From: Synechococcus sp.
Lineage (GTDB): Bacteria > Cyanobacteriota > Cyanobacteriia > Thermostichales > PCC-7336
Direction of reading: 5' to 3'
DNA length: 64,000 nucleotides
Assembly (NCBI GenBank): GCA_051439605.1
Contig: JBFRWN010000124.1
Span: 96,001-160,000, forward strand
In this document: positions 63,254 to 64,000 of the stretch, piece by piece
Layout of the letters: each line of letters opens with the position of its first letter
How positions within the stretch are numbered: position 1 is the stretch's first letter
The notes under the pieces: generated by a model
Database searches by the model: none
Told to the model about the DNA's origin: nothing
The model's input: only the letters and a program-made list of their open reading frames with translations
Translations under genes and position numbers: made by a program

Positions 63254-64000
63254 TCAGCCTTCGCCAAGACCGATCGCCTCCTCCCGATGCTGCAACAACC
63301 GCTCCTGACTCAAGGGGCCCAGAAGATGGGACCAGGGTAGCGGCACCTCGGGGTCCCAATTGTCGTGGACGTAGTACGCCAGCGGCGGCAATTCCCCCTT
63401 CAACTCCTTAAAGGCCCGCTTGTAACTCCCCAGCGAATCCCCAAACCCTCGCGCCAGTTCCAAAACACGACCCACCCGGCGATCGCCCCGAGCAATCAGC
63501 GCCTGAATCACCGACCAGTTATAACTTTCGGGCCGAAACTCCACCCCCAATGGCCGCAGCTGCTTTTGCAGCGACTTGAGCTTCTTCTGCGCCGCCTTCT
63601 CAACGCCGTACCACTGGAATGGGGTATGGGCTTTGGGAACAAACGTGCTGCACCCAAAGGAATATCTCAACTTAGGGGCCGCCTTCCGCAGCCGTTTGAA
63701 CATCCCTACCGTGGCCTCTAAATCCCCATCGGACTCAAATGGCAACCCCGCCATTCCATAGAACTTAATGCTTTTGAGCCCCCCCGCCTGTGCCGCCTCA
63801 GCTGCATGGTATATCTCGTCATTCTGCAGCTTCTTATTAATAATCTCCCGCAGCCGCTCGGAGCCACTTTCCACTGCCACCGTAATCGACTGGCTACCCC
63901 GTCGGGTGAGCACGGACGCCAGTCGTTCGGTCACGGTCCCTGTCCGCACAGAGGCCAAACTAATCCGCACATCCTCAAACCGATCGCCGTCTAAATACGT
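63254..64000 (-). CDS. B12-binding-type radical SAM protein, 3' part (enters from window end)
   Basis: SLASVR..TVAVESGSERLR..KFYGMAGLP..STFVPKAHTPFQW..LPW. Confidence 0.85.
   Translation of the reverse strand, partial: TYLDGDRFEDVRISLASVRTGTVTERLASVLTRRGSQSITVAVESGSERLREIINKKLQNDEIYHAAEAAQAGGLKSIKFYGMAGLPFESDGDLEATVGMFKRLRKAAPKLRYSFGCSTFVPKAHTPFQWYGVEKAAQKKLKSLQKQLRPLGVEFRPESYNWSVIQALIARGDRRVGRVLELARGFGDSLGSYKRAFKELKGELPPLAYYVHDNWDPEVPLPWSHLLGPLSQERLLQHREEAIGLGEG

Overview
Cyanobacterial chromosome segment (HIP1 GCGATCGC sites, psbO, ndh genes, petJ, phycobilisome linker). The style suggests a deep-branching unicellular lineage, but the organism cannot be fixed from sequence alone. The window has two halves. 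(1) About 0.4-33.8 kb is an accessory energy/stress island bracketed by rnz (5' part at the window start, missed by the ORF track) and an ISL3 remnant. It carries 2 universal stress proteins, FtsH, an HPF-cold shock fusion, cytochrome c6, a DHODH-like flavoprotein plus PfkA, AhcY, a Rieske protein plus a MidA/NDUFAF7-type methyltransferase, a second divergent ndhH-ndhK pair coupled to an NADPH thioredoxin reductase, a ferritin-like protein, a complete 9-gene V/A-type ATPase operon and several small orphan proteins, with shared upstream motifs. (2) About 34-64 kb is housekeeping: psbO, pheA, ndhH-A-I-G-E, rhomboid, pheT, LptD-like, miaA, RRM protein, pdhC, sipA, mazG, ureE, an unusual linker fusion, a CBS tRNA nucleotidyltransferase, a secreted 24-aa repeat protein, an FHA adenylate cyclase, a GNAT and a radical SAM enzyme. 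The best candidate new system is a swappable NDH-1 quinone-site module (NdhH2/NdhK2 plus its predicted arginine methyltransferase, a Rieske protein, TrxB and two flanking paralogous membrane microproteins) inside a putative low-oxygen/dark bioenergetic island. All family assignments are from motif recognition by eye, not from database searches.
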